From: Trichoplax adhaerens
Taxonomy: Eukaryota > Animalia > Placozoa
Length of the DNA stretch: 64,000 nt
Direction: 5' to 3'
Assembly: GCF_000150275.1 (NCBI RefSeq)
Contig: NW_002060946.1
Coordinates: forward strand, 7,484,829-7,548,828
Shown here: in pieces, positions 1 to 12,302 of the stretch
Position numbering within the stretch: the first letter of the stretch is position 1
Layout of the letters: every line of letters begins with the position of its first letter
The notes under the pieces: model-generated
What the model saw: only the letters and a program-made list of their open reading frames with translations
Database searches by the model: none
What the model was told of the DNA's origin: nothing
Made by a program: the position numbers and the translations under genes

Positions 1-444
1 GGACTGCAATAGAATGCTAATCAACCAAACGGAGAGAATAGTTGAGAGTAAGTACTTGCAAATGGGTGATTTTTGTTTAAAACTAAGGGAATTGGATACT
101 GTTTGATATCGCATTATGCTAAGTAGAGATACGCTGAAGGCTGATATAGTTTAAGAAACATTATATATAAAATATAAAATTTTACTTAAATTAGTGCCGT
201 AAAGGTAAAAAATCTCAGGGCTAATAGCGGAAACGAAGAAGGGGATAAATATTTGTATTGAAGTTATAAGATCTGATACGACTAAGTTGCTGATGAATCC
301 ATATGATGGATCTTTTAATTTCTTTTACTTAAGAATAAGGGTTAACAACATACAATTGCAAAATATACCAAGAAGTGAAATAGAGGTCAAAGTTAAGTAG
401 GCAATTCGTTGATCTGAAGAAGTGCTTGTGATATTTGGAGCCAT
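1..444 (-). pseudogene. Class A GPCR pseudogene, inverted copy of the 19760 gene (runs off the window)
   Basis: Reverse strand reads MAPNITSTSSDQRIAYLTLTSISLLGIFCNCMLLTLILK*KKLKDPSYGF..., nearly identical to 19760..20713. In-frame TAA at 325-327 and 151-153. Upstream 445-650 matches 19560-19760. Confidence 0.9.
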
Positions 445-1493
445 AACTTATTAGAACAGTAGCAGATACTACAACGTTACACTCTAGCTTGATTATTAAA
501 AAAATGGAATAATTTAAATAATTGTCGTCGTGCACGTAGACCTCAATTTGTTAAATAAAAAGATCGAAATTAACTTTAATCGGCCCGTGCAAATTAAATT
601 TTAATAAGGTTCACAAAGACTATTTTCAGTAATTACTTAAATATGTACATTGCTTCATAACTTGAAAAAGCAATTCAACAGTAGTATATTGTTATGATTA
701 GGAGATTTAGTGAGGAAAATAGAAAATAAGATGGAAATTGGCAGAAGGTTGTGTTGATTGTTAGGTAGTTAGAATGTTGTTTTTATGACTAAATCTTGAT
801 GTTTAAAGGTTGATTTTTAGACTTTTATAGTGTATTAATGATAGAAATTATGTTAGAAATGAAGTTTGATGTATTTTTATAGTTAGCTTGTTACTTTTAT
901 AGTGTTTTGTAAGGGAATCGTAGGGTAAATTGTGTCTGAACTTTGAATGATTTTTGTTTTCTTAAATGGCGATAAATGGTGCAAAGTAGTTTTCTAAAAC
1001 GGATCTTAAGAGCGATTGGTTAGCAAATGTTTAGTTTTAAATACCTCAGACGGCTCTACGAAGCCTATAAATGATAGTGCAATTAGAAAATTTAGAGAGA
1101 GAGTAGAAGAAGATTTTATTTGAAGAACTTGTTGAATTTAAAAAGCCTTCGGGGTCGAATTGTCGTAAGTTAAAACGTTCTTCTTTTTGAAAGGTTGTTT
1201 GGTCGTTGACAGTTTTTAAGTCTGTCATTTATTTTAATAATAATTAAAGCTAAGTATTTGTAAGGTTGCTCGGTTTATACTTCTCTCCATTTTTGTTTTG
1301 AAATAAATTTTTGTTCGGTTATTTCCCCAAATTTTATTTGGTGCCAAAGTATTAGCGTTAAGTCGACCGGAGTGCAACGAAAGTAGAATCAAAGTTTGTT
1401 AAAGTTTCGTAGCTTGATCTCTACAAATTTCATTTCATTACACTCGATTTATGCGTTTAAAAATAATTCATAACTTGATGTGCTTATGTTGAT

Positions 1494-1683
1494 TAGAATG
1501 CGATATTGGCAAGCCTAATGAAGACTAAGGCATTACCGATGTAATTCGAGATGTTTACGTGGCATTTACGTTGAGTAGAATGCGATATTAGCAAGCCTAA
1601 TAAAGACTTAGCCATTACCGACATTTGGTAGGCATATACCTGAGCATTACTGGTATTGGCCAGCCCAAAGGTAGCATTACCGA
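1494..1683. repeat. Spaced direct repeat: two 46-bp copies and one shorter degenerate copy
   Basis: TAGAATGCGATATT(G/A)GCAAGCCTAAT(G/A)AAGACT..G.CATTACCGA at 1494-1539 and 1576-1621; degenerate GTATTGGCCAGCCCAAAGGTAGCATTACCGA at about 1652-1683. Confidence 0.8.
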
Positions 1684-1769
1684 CAAGTATACTTATCGTC
1701 AGTACCGATTGATTACAAAACAAAAAAATGGGTTATCAATTTTTTCGTACGGAATCTATAAAATATTCT

Positions 1770-2680
1770 CGTTCGAAATAAGGTAATAGATAATCATTTT
1801 TAGATCTGCTTCTTAAAATAATAGTGATTGAGTTCAATTAATTAATTTTTAATGATGATACCAGTATTTCATTCTGATAGATGGCCATCCTTGACTGAAA
1901 GTTGCCATGAAATCGTTTGACAAAAAAGTGAACTTATGAAATAGATCTTGAATTTTGAAACGCGTTTAAAAAAGTTATAGAGTTCGGTAGCTTATTCATA
2001 AAATCGAAAGATCTTTTTTCGATAGAACTTAATCAGACATGCTTATTTGCCGCTATGGGAGCAAATTATGTCTTCAAGCATGCTGAAAATTCACTATTAA
2101 ATTACTTCTAATAAACAGTTTGGTTTTACGCTATATTTAAGCGAAATTATTATCTCAAATATAATAGGGGTAATCTCTGGTAATAGTATTTTCGTGAAAG
2201 CTAATTAATTTTAATTATGTAGATACATATCAAAGAAATTTTTGTTTTGGTTACTCTTTAATCGATTTTTTCTTTAAATTGCTTAAATTTCTATTGAGTT
2301 CTTAAATTCATCATAGGTCATAACATTTAATTAGCTTCATCAATGGAATTATAATAGAAAATTTTTGTCGGTATCAATTTTATCGTTAAAGCTGACTACA
2401 ATGGAGGTATTCAAGTTTACAATCATTGACGTATCTTGAGTGACCTATTACAAGATGACTTGGAATTAAGAATATAATTTAAATCAGCTAGATATAAATG
2501 AAAGTCTATTTAAGATGTTTATTTAAGAGTGAATTTTATTTCAGTGTAATGGATATTGCAATTATTTGAAATTGAAGAACACTAAGCATTGCTAAACTCC
2601 TATGCGATGTACAACAGATAGCTTGATACCGTTTCGGTGTCAATTTTAACGTTTTGCAGGCTCTTTCGGCAATGTATAAT
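1770..2680 (-). pseudogene. Heavily decayed GPCR pseudogene (6685 family)
   Basis: Reverse strand gives CCTSHRSLAMLSVLQFQIIA, versus YCTSAMSLAMLSILRFQMIA in the 6685 gene, followed by TM4/ECL2/TM5 remnants. The lower boundary is approximate. Confidence 0.65.
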
Positions 2681-3890
2681 GCAAACGCGTGGGTGGCTTG
2701 ATCGCTGACTTTTAGCATTAATTATCAGTACTCCAACTTTAGCCACTATTATTTACGAATAATTGTAGTACATTTTAGGGAAATTGACAAACTACTTTAT
2801 TGAACAATTGCATAATTACAATCCAAATGTAACGCAACGTAATACTAATTTGCTTTACTGCAAATTATAAGTACGATTCGAAATACTTGGTAATACTTGA
2901 AGGATAAATTCTGAGAATTTAAATCTGTATTGATGAATGATGTTCTACTTAATTCTAACGTATCATATTTACTTATTTAATAATGGAAATCTAGTGATTA
3001 TTAAACTGATCCCTGTTTTATTTAATAGCTATATAACTTATACCTAAATGGTTTTTCGTAAGTTCCGTTAGCAACAAGTCTTCTACATTGTTAGCTCGGC
3101 CATCATAACTTTTATTTACGAACATTATATAGCAGAAGCTTAGTTTTCTATTCCTGCAACGTAGTTTATGCCTAGATCTTGATCTGTGACCTTTCTGACA
3201 TTTTTCTTGGAACCAATAGCTATTTAACAATGTATTCGCAGCAATTTTGGCAGTTTACATGAATTCTTGAGCTTTCGACTGTATTAACCAATCAACATTA
3301 GTAATATTACTCGTTGACTCACTAGTTTTGAAACTTTCGGCTATTAAGTTATATTTTTGGTATAGTCGATACAATACCAACTTTAATGTTATTACTGTGT
3401 ATAACTAGAAATATATCTATAAGTCTTAACGAAGTTTGTTGGTCTTAGACTTATAAGCCTGGTATTAAAAAAATCTATAACTGGAATCCGAAAAAATGAA
3501 TATATTATCTCTAAAAGTTAGCATGATCACCAAAGGCTGTCTTCATAAATTTTTAGGAAACTTATTTGCAGAGTTTGAAATAGGCATTATTTTTTTTATT
3601 TTACAATCTAAAGACACATTAATAAGTCATGCTTCAAAACAATCATTACTCTTATAGGGATATATTTATCAATCACTTAATGCAAAACTACTAATCTTAC
3701 TGACTACTCTAAAACTGGGTAAAACAGTATTCCAAATATTCCATCAAATGTAGCAAACCTAATTTTTACAAAATAATAATCTTAGTCAAGATCGACTTTA
3801 ATGAAGGCTTTCATGGGGACTGTTTAAGGGTGTTGCAATGATTAACGACTAGTGGGGAGACTTTGCAGTAAAGTATCTTAAGCTCGAGGT
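2410..3890 (+). repeat. Segmental duplication, paralogous to 29740-31735
   Basis: Collinear similarity from AAGTTTACAATCATTGACGTATCTTGAG to AGCTCGAGGT in both copies. The second copy carries an extra 535-bp insertion. Confidence 0.85.
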
Positions 3891-4850
3891 AAATCAAAAC
3901 CTTATGTCTACAATTTTTAAATGCTTTTAGCTTAATTTTTTCACTTCAACTTAGTCGCTTACAATAACATTCAAATTATCAAGTGAAACTATTTTCTTCG
4001 AAAATGATTAATTTATTCTATCGTATGAATCTATTCACGTAAAATATTATTGTTTTTCTAGTACTATTAAATACCGTAAGGTATTGAAAATCTTTGTAAT
4101 TGCAATACATTAATTATCATAGAATATGCCTGAATAATAGGCGGCTATCAGTAATTAGCAATATATCCAACAATAATTTACAAAAACTGCTTCTGAAGAC
4201 TTATCCGTAGACACTTCTCACTAATGATTTAGAGTAAAAGAGGGTTTATTAAGGGTTATCGTTAACAAATAAATTCTATAACTACGTCGTTACAAAATGG
4301 CTTTGCAACAAGATAACGTAATGCACCCTCAATCAGTCGATTCCCTGAACCACGTATCAGGAAGCAGTATCTACTCTTTTAAGAAACTGTACAGTAGACT
4401 ACAAAAAGACTTAGACGCCTCGTGTCTTACGTTAAACACGAATCATAAGAACTAACTTTATTATACAACTTATCGTATTGATATACTCTTTTACAATAGC
4501 AAAGACATCCTAGTTAGTAATATTAACCTTGAAACCTGATAATGAATCAAAAGCTAATTTTATCTTCTGCTACCTAATGCAGACAACAGTATTTACGAAC
4601 AAAGATATCGAATGACTAATAAAAAATTATCGGATTACAATATGTCCTATCACGGAACATTTCTACGATAATCTACAATCTAGCATAAGTAAATTACAAT
4701 CACAGTGATTTAAATTGTACTAAAGATTATTCTCGATTCTCTAATTAAACTACTAAAACTACTAGCTTCAGCAGGCTGTATATATCACCATAAAAGCTAG
4801 TGCTATATTTAAATATCACATATCTATATTAGAAACTCTTCATATAGGGG

Positions 4851-5861
4851 TGTCACAAAACAGCTTTCGCGATCGGGCCTAGTCTATTCTCTCTACTCTA
4901 TCCGATCACCGACTAACTTCAGGCAATCCTCTATAAGGAAAACTAACTTATTCCAATAGTAAAGAGACTGAGTCAAACGATAGATCTAGGTTAATAACTT
5001 TATTAACTTCTAGCTACACTAAGGCCTTTTTTTTACACTAGTCTCAGGAGAACTTAAATGCCCTTTCTTATTTACAGTCACTGTGATGTTTCGGAAGATT
5101 GTGGATTCGTCATGATCACAGTAAATTACCAGAGTTAATTTAGTAGAGGAATAGAGTTTATTGGAATTAGTACAAAGGAAAAACCGTATGAGATTACAGC
5201 GTGTATAACGACGTGACTAGTCGAATAGCTATAGTAATGTAGCATAGGTAAAGCGTGCAAGCTTACCGTGTAACTAGCAGAACTAACTAACGAGATAGGT
5301 GAAAGAAGATAGCTTTTATAATGTATAAAGCACAGCAGGAGGAAATCATAAATGACTAATAAGAATATGTTACTTCTATGTTAAGACAGGGCTACGATAT
5401 AATTCAGCTAGGTTTCAAAGCGATTTCCACAGAGTATTTTGTTAAATATAAATTATACATATTTAGAGTTATGCTACCATCTAGTGGGAATTGACTTTTA
5501 CTAAAAATAGACTATACCGTATTTAGAAGTAAACACTACAGTCACTATACTTGTCGCCAATAATATTAGTTACTCCAGTTAGCAAGTCTAATTATCACAC
5601 ACAACAACAGCGAACAATATTTATGTCCTATTTGTTAGACCATAATAATACACGATTAATAATCAGTAGCAATAATAATATTAAGCGACCAACAATTATT
5701 GATTGCTAACTGCCTTAATACTGCGTATAGCAATTCCACACTAATAATACTTACTTCAATTACATGACAGCTATTTTCTACTACTAGGTGCTGGTCAGCA
5801 TGGTCATACACGATTGTAAACAATTATTAATCGTAAACACGGAGCTACTAGCTCCGTAACA
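4851..5861 (-). mobile_element. Solo-LTR-like element B (about 547 bp net), nested in A
   Basis: TGTCACAAAACAGC...GTAACA; 5-bp TSD AGGGG/AGGGT. The empty site CATATTAGGGTAAAT is seen in the copy of A at about 51240 (reverse strand). Confidence 0.8.
5082..5540 (+). mobile_element. Solo-LTR-like element C (459 bp), nested in B
   Basis: TGTGATG...CACTACA with perfect TSD GTCAC (5077-5081 and 5541-5545); TATAAA at about 5324. Related sequence at about 56700-56820 on the reverse strand. Confidence 0.7.
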
Positions 5862-6684
5862 AGGGTAAATCAACAAAATTATCCTAACATAGATGTTTCT
5901 ACTATAATCTCGATATTACAGTGTATAATACTGTAACATATGCTTTATTATTTTAAACGTAAGGAAATTTTGACCGTATTAAATTAGCTCCTTATATTCG
6001 CAGCTTCTATATAACTCGGAGATCATAAATAGAAATTATTAAAATCGCATCAATTAGCACACCACTGATGAAAGAGTCTTTGAATGAATCTTTATATTCA
6101 ATATAGATTATTATGTAAACGAATTTAACAGATCTTTTACTGATAACATAACATATTTTACTTGCTAACTTTAGCAACTAAACTTTCGATATAGATCTGC
6201 TTAATAAGATCGTCATTATAATTTTTTAATCAGTATTCTTCTAATTCTAGCAACGCAATAAGGTATGTTATTAGCAACCGAATAATTTCAATAATAGCTC
6301 TAATATATTTAAATGTGGTCTGTATCACTACACATTGCGTACAACTTGTAATGTGAAATCTCTTCGACCAATTTTGCGACAGAATTTTCGAATGCTATTA
6401 TCTAAGATTAAAGTGATTAGTTATAATAATTAATTTTTATTAATACTGATTTTATGAAACCATAGAGGTTTTTCAAAGCGAGATTGAAGATGTATGAACT
6501 CATTAGTTGCTATCAAACGTCGTGACTAAAATAATTAATTTATAACATCTGTCTTCAATTTCCAAAGCAAGTAAACCTTACATTTATACGATACGATGTC
6601 ATAAGCTTAAAAAGAAACTTGTCTAAGGATCTTTATGAAGATTGAAACAGATATTCAAGCTTGTTACATACTATTTCATAAATC

Positions 6685-7626
6685 ATGCTCTTCAATATTA
6701 CTAACGCGACATTTTCTGATATTACGCTTGCATACATGATTACTAGTTCTATTTCTTTTCCTGGTGTTCTGGGTAATGGATTGCTACTAGCCATTATTCT
6801 GAAATCGAAGAAAGGGAAAGATCCAACGTATGCATTCATTGGCAACGTAGTTGCTTCGGACTTTCTGACTTCGATTCAATTGCTGAGTATTTTTGTGGCA
6901 TTATTTATTAAACGTAACATTTTTAGTATTTATGGACAGATACTCTGTAAAATATTATACGTTGTATACCACGCTTCATATTGCACATCAGCTATGAGTT
7001 TAGCAATGCTTAGTATTCTTCGATTTCAAATGATAGCGAGACCGACTACTTTTAAACAAACCTCACTCTTATATAAACACTTTAAAAAGACTATAATTTC
7101 TATTTGGTTGGTTAGTATTTTATTTGGATTTCCAGCTTATTTTTTAGTAGACTATTCAAGACGTGTTAACGAATGTACTCCTACCTATATTTATGGGCAC
7201 ATTTTCAACATTATTTATACTTTTATTGTAACAATACTTTACTACTTTATTCCTCTGATAATTATGATCATCACCTACTCTGCTATTGCATCTAAGCTGT
7301 CTTCTCAAGTTTTCGCCCATTCATCTTTTCAACAAAATAAAGCACTATCAAGAAAACGATCGAGAAATGTCATTAAAGTATTATCTATGGCAACGCTTTT
7401 ATACATGCTGCTTTCCTGGCCAGCATTTGTAACCCTTACAGCACTTGCAGTGTCTCATAAAACAATATCTGATCTTTATAGAATTAATTTCGTTCTAGGT
7501 GTCATTTATCCATATGCATTTTTACTAAGTTATTTAACATGTTTGATTAATCCATTAATATTTCTAATATTCGACAAAAATATCAAGTCATATGTCTACT
7601 CTAGCTGCAATCTTAGATTCAAGTAA
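6685..7626 (+). CDS. Intronless rhodopsin-like (class A) orphan GPCR, 313 aa
   Basis: Seven hydrophobic segments; GN in TM1, ASD in TM2, TM3 Cys plus ECL2 Cys, SILRF at the DRY site, SWP in TM6, NPLIF and FDKNI in TM7/helix 8; N-terminal NIT/NAT sequons. Confidence 0.93.
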   Translation: MLFNITNATFSDITLAYMITSSISFPGVLGNGLLLAIILKSKKGKDPTYAFIGNVVASDFLTSIQLLSIFVALFIKRNIFSIYGQILCKILYVVYHASYCTSAMSLAMLSILRFQMIARPTTFKQTSLLYKHFKKTIISIWLVSILFGFPAYFLVDYSRRVNECTPTYIYGHIFNIIYTFIVTILYYFIPLIIMIITYSAIASKLSSQVFAHSSFQQNKALSRKRSRNVIKVLSMATLLYMLLSWPAFVTLTALAVSHKTISDLYRINFVLGVIYPYAFLLSYLTCLINPLIFLIFDKNIKSYVYSSCNLRFK

Positions 7627-8699
7627 AATGGAATGCGATTATTTATTGCAGTAAAAAATATAGTTATCTGTAAATCATAGTGAGATTGTCAACTTAGGCG
7701 GCTGAATTGAGCTTGATAACAATCAATATCGTACAAAGCTATCTTGCTTACGTACAATTACTAGCCAATAATAAAAGACACTAATATCGATAATTATGTT
7801 TCCGGCAGGGATTTAAGCTATAGTAAGCACGATTGACGATTTTAACAGCGATTGAAGTTTTAGGATAGGAATTGTAAACAAGGACACTGAGCGACTTTGT
7901 TGTATCACACAGCATCCTATAATTAATATTTATTAAAAAACAACTTAGACTCTAATTTAAGAAGATTGCTGGTAGAATTAAACCAGTATTACTTACTATT
8001 TATTGTTGTTTCGAGTAAATTAAAGAGTTTACGATAGACAGTGGCAGATGATAAGACCACATAAGTACTGTATGTAAGATTTATTGAGATGACGCGTTGA
8101 TAAAAGTTATACTTAGTAACCAGTTTACTTTTGAGAATTTACTTAAATTATATTTATCAGTCTATTAAAGACTCTTGTGCCTAATTTTTAATGGAAATTC
8201 GGATCATTCATGACTATGATGATAGATAATAGAGGGCCAATATTGCTTAGTCATATAAAATACTATTGCTTGTATGTGTTAGTAATAACATATGCAAACT
8301 GCCGATGGCTGATATCAACACTGCACCATGCCAAGGGTACATAAGAATGAGCGATCAAAGAATGGTCAGTTCCATGTTTAATTGTGTACGAGGAGTTAGT
8401 TTGCTTTTCCCAATCAGTAAGATTACTTTACTTAATATTATAGTCGGGATAGACAATCGTATATTCATGAAGATATAGGCAATTCTCAGCGGATCTCTTG
8501 AGCTAGTACGAGGGAGCATAGTAACTGTAATAGCATTATAGATCGTTCACTAAATTACAATGTGATCGGAAAAAGACCTCAGCGTTTTCTGAAATACGCA
8601 TCTTAAACGTAGCAGCAATGAGTTTCAGTTCTAAAATACTGAATCTTTTGTGGCGGGGAGAATTAGTATCCAATGCTTCTCTGAGTTATTATTTGCAAT

Positions 8700-11600
8700 A
8701 TCGCAATTCGTTTTAGCTATGAAGATCAATATAGAAATCTAAATAGAAAGTTACAAGTCCTACAAATATTTTCTTGCCAGAAAATATTAATTTTTAATCG
8801 ACAAACTAATACTAGCCACTTCTGCATCCGTTTAAACGGACATAAATTTCATAAAATATCTTGCAATTTTTACAAAATTTGTTTCCTGTTCCAAATACGC
8901 CCGTATGGCTGCTTTTTGCTTGGCTATTAGTTGGTGTTCATTAACAAACAGATCGATGATACATGTATGGTACTGTCATGTAGTATCACCGTATCACCCT
9001 TTATCTATGTTTAAGTTAGAAGTTAGTTTAGTAGCGAGTAATGTGCGGTGCCATGATATTCGGATAAATTTACAAGACTTTTATGTAATAATATCAAGCG
9101 GTACTCGTACCCATTACAGTCTTCTCTAACAACAGATAACCTAACATTTCTATTTAATCTATTGATTAAGCTTTAAAAATGCTAGGGTAACTTCCAACAA
9201 TTTTACCTTTAAATTAATTACTTAATATTTGAACATTCATGGAAGAAAATTATAAGTTAAAGGATAAATATGCAATTAAGCATGTAAAGCCGATACGGAA
9301 GCATGACCAGCTGCTACACCTGTCCTATTTCATAAGATAATTTCGTTGGAATAAATTGCAAAATCAGATTATTTAACATCCTGCAATGCATTAAGCTGGA
9401 ATGCATAACTTTGCATTATCTAAAATTTTCAGAATTTGAATTGTAATTTACACGATGCTGCATATAAAGATAACTTAGCTACATTATATTCAGTCAACTC
9501 AGAAGCTTGATAAAATAAATTTAACGGTATGTTGAATAATAGTACTAGTTCTACTAGTAATCAGTACTCCTTTTTTGTGCTAATACAAATCTCTTGCTGT
9601 ACGATAACATTAGTCGGTAATGCCATTCTGATAGCTATCATCGCATCTTCTAAAAATCTTAAAGATCAATCTTATACTTTCATCATTAATGTGTCGATAT
9701 CTGATATTATTTCATCCATACAGTACTATATATTAGCATGGGTGATACAGCCCAATAATTTCATATCTATTCAAATTGCTGATTTCATTTGCAGTTTGTC
9801 TTATGGAACTTCTGTTGTGTCGACTAATGCATCAATTATAAGTCTAACTATGATAAGCATATATCGTTTAAAGTTATTAACTTCTGCATTAACATTTCGA
9901 TCAACAATGATTTCGAAGTACACGAAAAGGTTTATCTTACTGTCCTGGTTTATCAGTTTTATACTGGCTAGTCCTGCATTTCTTTTAGGAACTTTCAATA
10001 ATCGAACAAGGAGCTGCGACATTGGTTTCCCTTTTGGTAACATCTTTAATACTATTTACTATTCTTACACTCTTTTATTAATACATGTTATACCGGGAAC
10101 AGTTATGCTAAGAAATTACATGCAAACCATAACTATTTTATCATCTCGTATATCTGATAATATTTCTACTCAACATACTAATATATCAACAATTAATCAC
10201 ACACGGTATATTATTCGAATATTTGTAATCGTAACAGTAGCACAGATACTTTTAACTTTACCGTATGCTATATCAATCTTAATCATGGTGGCATTTAATC
10301 AGAATCAATTTGACCTCCTCTTTAGTATTCCATTTTGGACAAAATTATTATGGCTGTCGTTTGCGTTAAACATTTCTGCTCCCTTAGTTAATCCGGTTGT
10401 ATTCTTACTGTTTGATAAAAACATTGAAATTGCAGGACGAAATTTATGCTACCGAATTAAAAGGAGTGTTACCGTTTAATTTCGAAAGATGCTATTGATT
10501 TAAATAAATTTTGTGGATCTGCTGTTTCATTTTACTTGGGAGATGTATAAAAATTTAATCTCAGATTTATTATAACATCATTATGATGTTATTCTCTAGA
10601 TATCAAGTTGTACTTGTATTTCAATTTAAACAATTTTCGATATTAGGATATATCATGAATTGTTAAAGTATCTTGATAATTTAAGCATACATTTTCTGAT
10701 CGTATCTTTCGACGATTTTATGTTATGGCATATAAATAAATGAATCTATCATAATCTGTTTAAGTTTCAATGGTATATGGGATAATAAATTTTACCCCTA
10801 TAACGGCAGATTTTATGACTCTAAAGTGGCAAATAAACTATTTTATCTACTAGAGTTTGATAGTATGAATTCATATTATAAATCGATGATAGGATAGTAT
10901 TTAGTATGTTACTTTCTGTATCGTTAGTAAATGATAAAAGTATAATTGAAAGTAGTTTATTGCGTACTGACTTTATATCTGTTAAGATAAGACTAAACTG
11001 GGATCAGTTTTAGAACTAGAGATTTCATCGATGACCAAATATCTTTGCTTTTCAGGATAAGCTACGATTTGCTAAATATTCCACACTTGTTCGTGACAAT
11101 TGAATTATCATAACTTTACGGTTAAATTGATTTGATATCGCACTTAATGATACTATCCGCTCGGCTGATAAGCAATATCGAATATATCTACTGTAATACT
11201 ACTATCTAACAGCTACTAACTGTACGATGTACCGTAAATGTCAAAACAAGAAGTTAATTAAATCGCTCCTAAAAATACTAGCGTTTATTATAAATTGATA
11301 CAATATACCGCTATTCGATGTACAGTATAAAAATCTCGATTATCGTACTTAATTCTTAAAGACCTGATTGAAGAAAATACATCAGCAAAGTCTTATCCTT
11401 ACGGGATGTTAAAGCTGCTATCTGTCAAATTATAATTTTTATTAACATAAATTGAGTAGTGATAAATTTTGTTAACGCTACAGCAATTAGTACGTATTAA
11501 TCTAAAATCCATGAATTTTGTTGTGATATTCAAATTATTGAGTAATTGGCCAGAGTGAAATTGATGCCACTTATTGCAATAATTCAGATATAACTTCAAA

Positions 11601-11900
11601 TCAACCTTAGCTCGATCATTCATTTGATAAAATATCGACTTACTATAACTATTTTAAAGGCTGCCTTGCTAAATTAACCGATACGTCAAGTAATACTGTA
11701 AGTTTTGATGTATAGCAAGCCCCCTATTTATCGTTAATAGAAAGTTGTTCTTGTTTAATAATCTTCATCAGTAACTCAATTTTGATAGCTACTATTATTC
11801 GATATCTCTTCTAAAAGGGAATATCCTCTGCAAGTTTTCTTGTGGAATTTCTATAATATCGACTAATACATCAATTATAAGTCTAACTATGATAAGTATA
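8700..11900 (+). repeat. Inverted segmental duplication, paralogous to about 47970-52530
   Basis: Collinear reverse-complement similarity across both GPCR loci, their spacer and the upstream DNA. Confidence 0.85.
9529..10479 (+). CDS. Intronless class A orphan GPCR, 316 aa
   Basis: 7TM pattern; GN, ISD, SIYRL, TLP, NPVVF-FDKNI motifs; NST sequon. Confidence 0.93.
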   Translation: MLNNSTSSTSNQYSFFVLIQISCCTITLVGNAILIAIIASSKNLKDQSYTFIINVSISDIISSIQYYILAWVIQPNNFISIQIADFICSLSYGTSVVSTNASIISLTMISIYRLKLLTSALTFRSTMISKYTKRFILLSWFISFILASPAFLLGTFNNRTRSCDIGFPFGNIFNTIYYSYTLLLIHVIPGTVMLRNYMQTITILSSRISDNISTQHTNISTINHTRYIIRIFVIVTVAQILLTLPYAISILIMVAFNQNQFDLLFSIPFWTKLLWLSFALNISAPLVNPVVFLLFDKNIEIAGRNLCYRIKRSVTV

Positions 11901-12302
11901 TTTCGATTAAACTTGGTTACTTTCCCATTAACATTTCGATCAGCGATGATTTCAAAACATACGAAAAGATTTATTATACTATCTTGGCTTATTAGTATTA
12001 CGTTGGCTAGACCCGCATTTCCTTTAGGAGCTTTTAACAGCAGAATAAAGAGCTGCGAAATTGGTTACCCTTTCGGCAGTATCTATAATGTTATTTATTA
12101 TTCCTTTGCACTTCTACTCTCATATATGATTCCTGGAGTAATTATGCTAAAAAACTATATGCGTATCACAACAAATTTATCATCTTGAATATCAGATAAT
12201 GTTTCTACTCAATATAGTAGCAAATCATCAGTAAATCATACAAAGAGTATCATTCGAATATTTGTGATAGTAATAGTCGCGCAGATACTATTAACTTTAC
12301 CC
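11683..12302 (+). pseudogene. GPCR pseudogene, paralog of the 48299 (-) copy
   Basis: Start codon mutated ATG to ACG (11683), early TAG, deletion of the TM2 region near 11797, TGA at 12186, truncated after ...QILLTLP by repeat DNA. Confidence 0.85.

Larger units (their letters stand above)
4288..5938 (-). mobile_element. Solo-LTR-like element A (about 640 bp net), host of nested insertions
   Basis: Ends CGTTACAAAA...CTGTAACA; flanks TACGT/TATGC (degenerate TSD). An uninterrupted inverted copy lies at 51164-51806. Confidence 0.75.

Noticed and set aside
1494-1683. CRISPR array
   Set aside because: Only 2-3 degenerate repeats, no cas genes, eukaryotic intron-containing context.
6633-6845. Antisense ORFs over GPCR genes (also 9801, 25382, 26238, 39858, 49948)
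   Set aside because: Shadow frames of the GPCR coding sequence, conserved only because the sense genes are paralogous.
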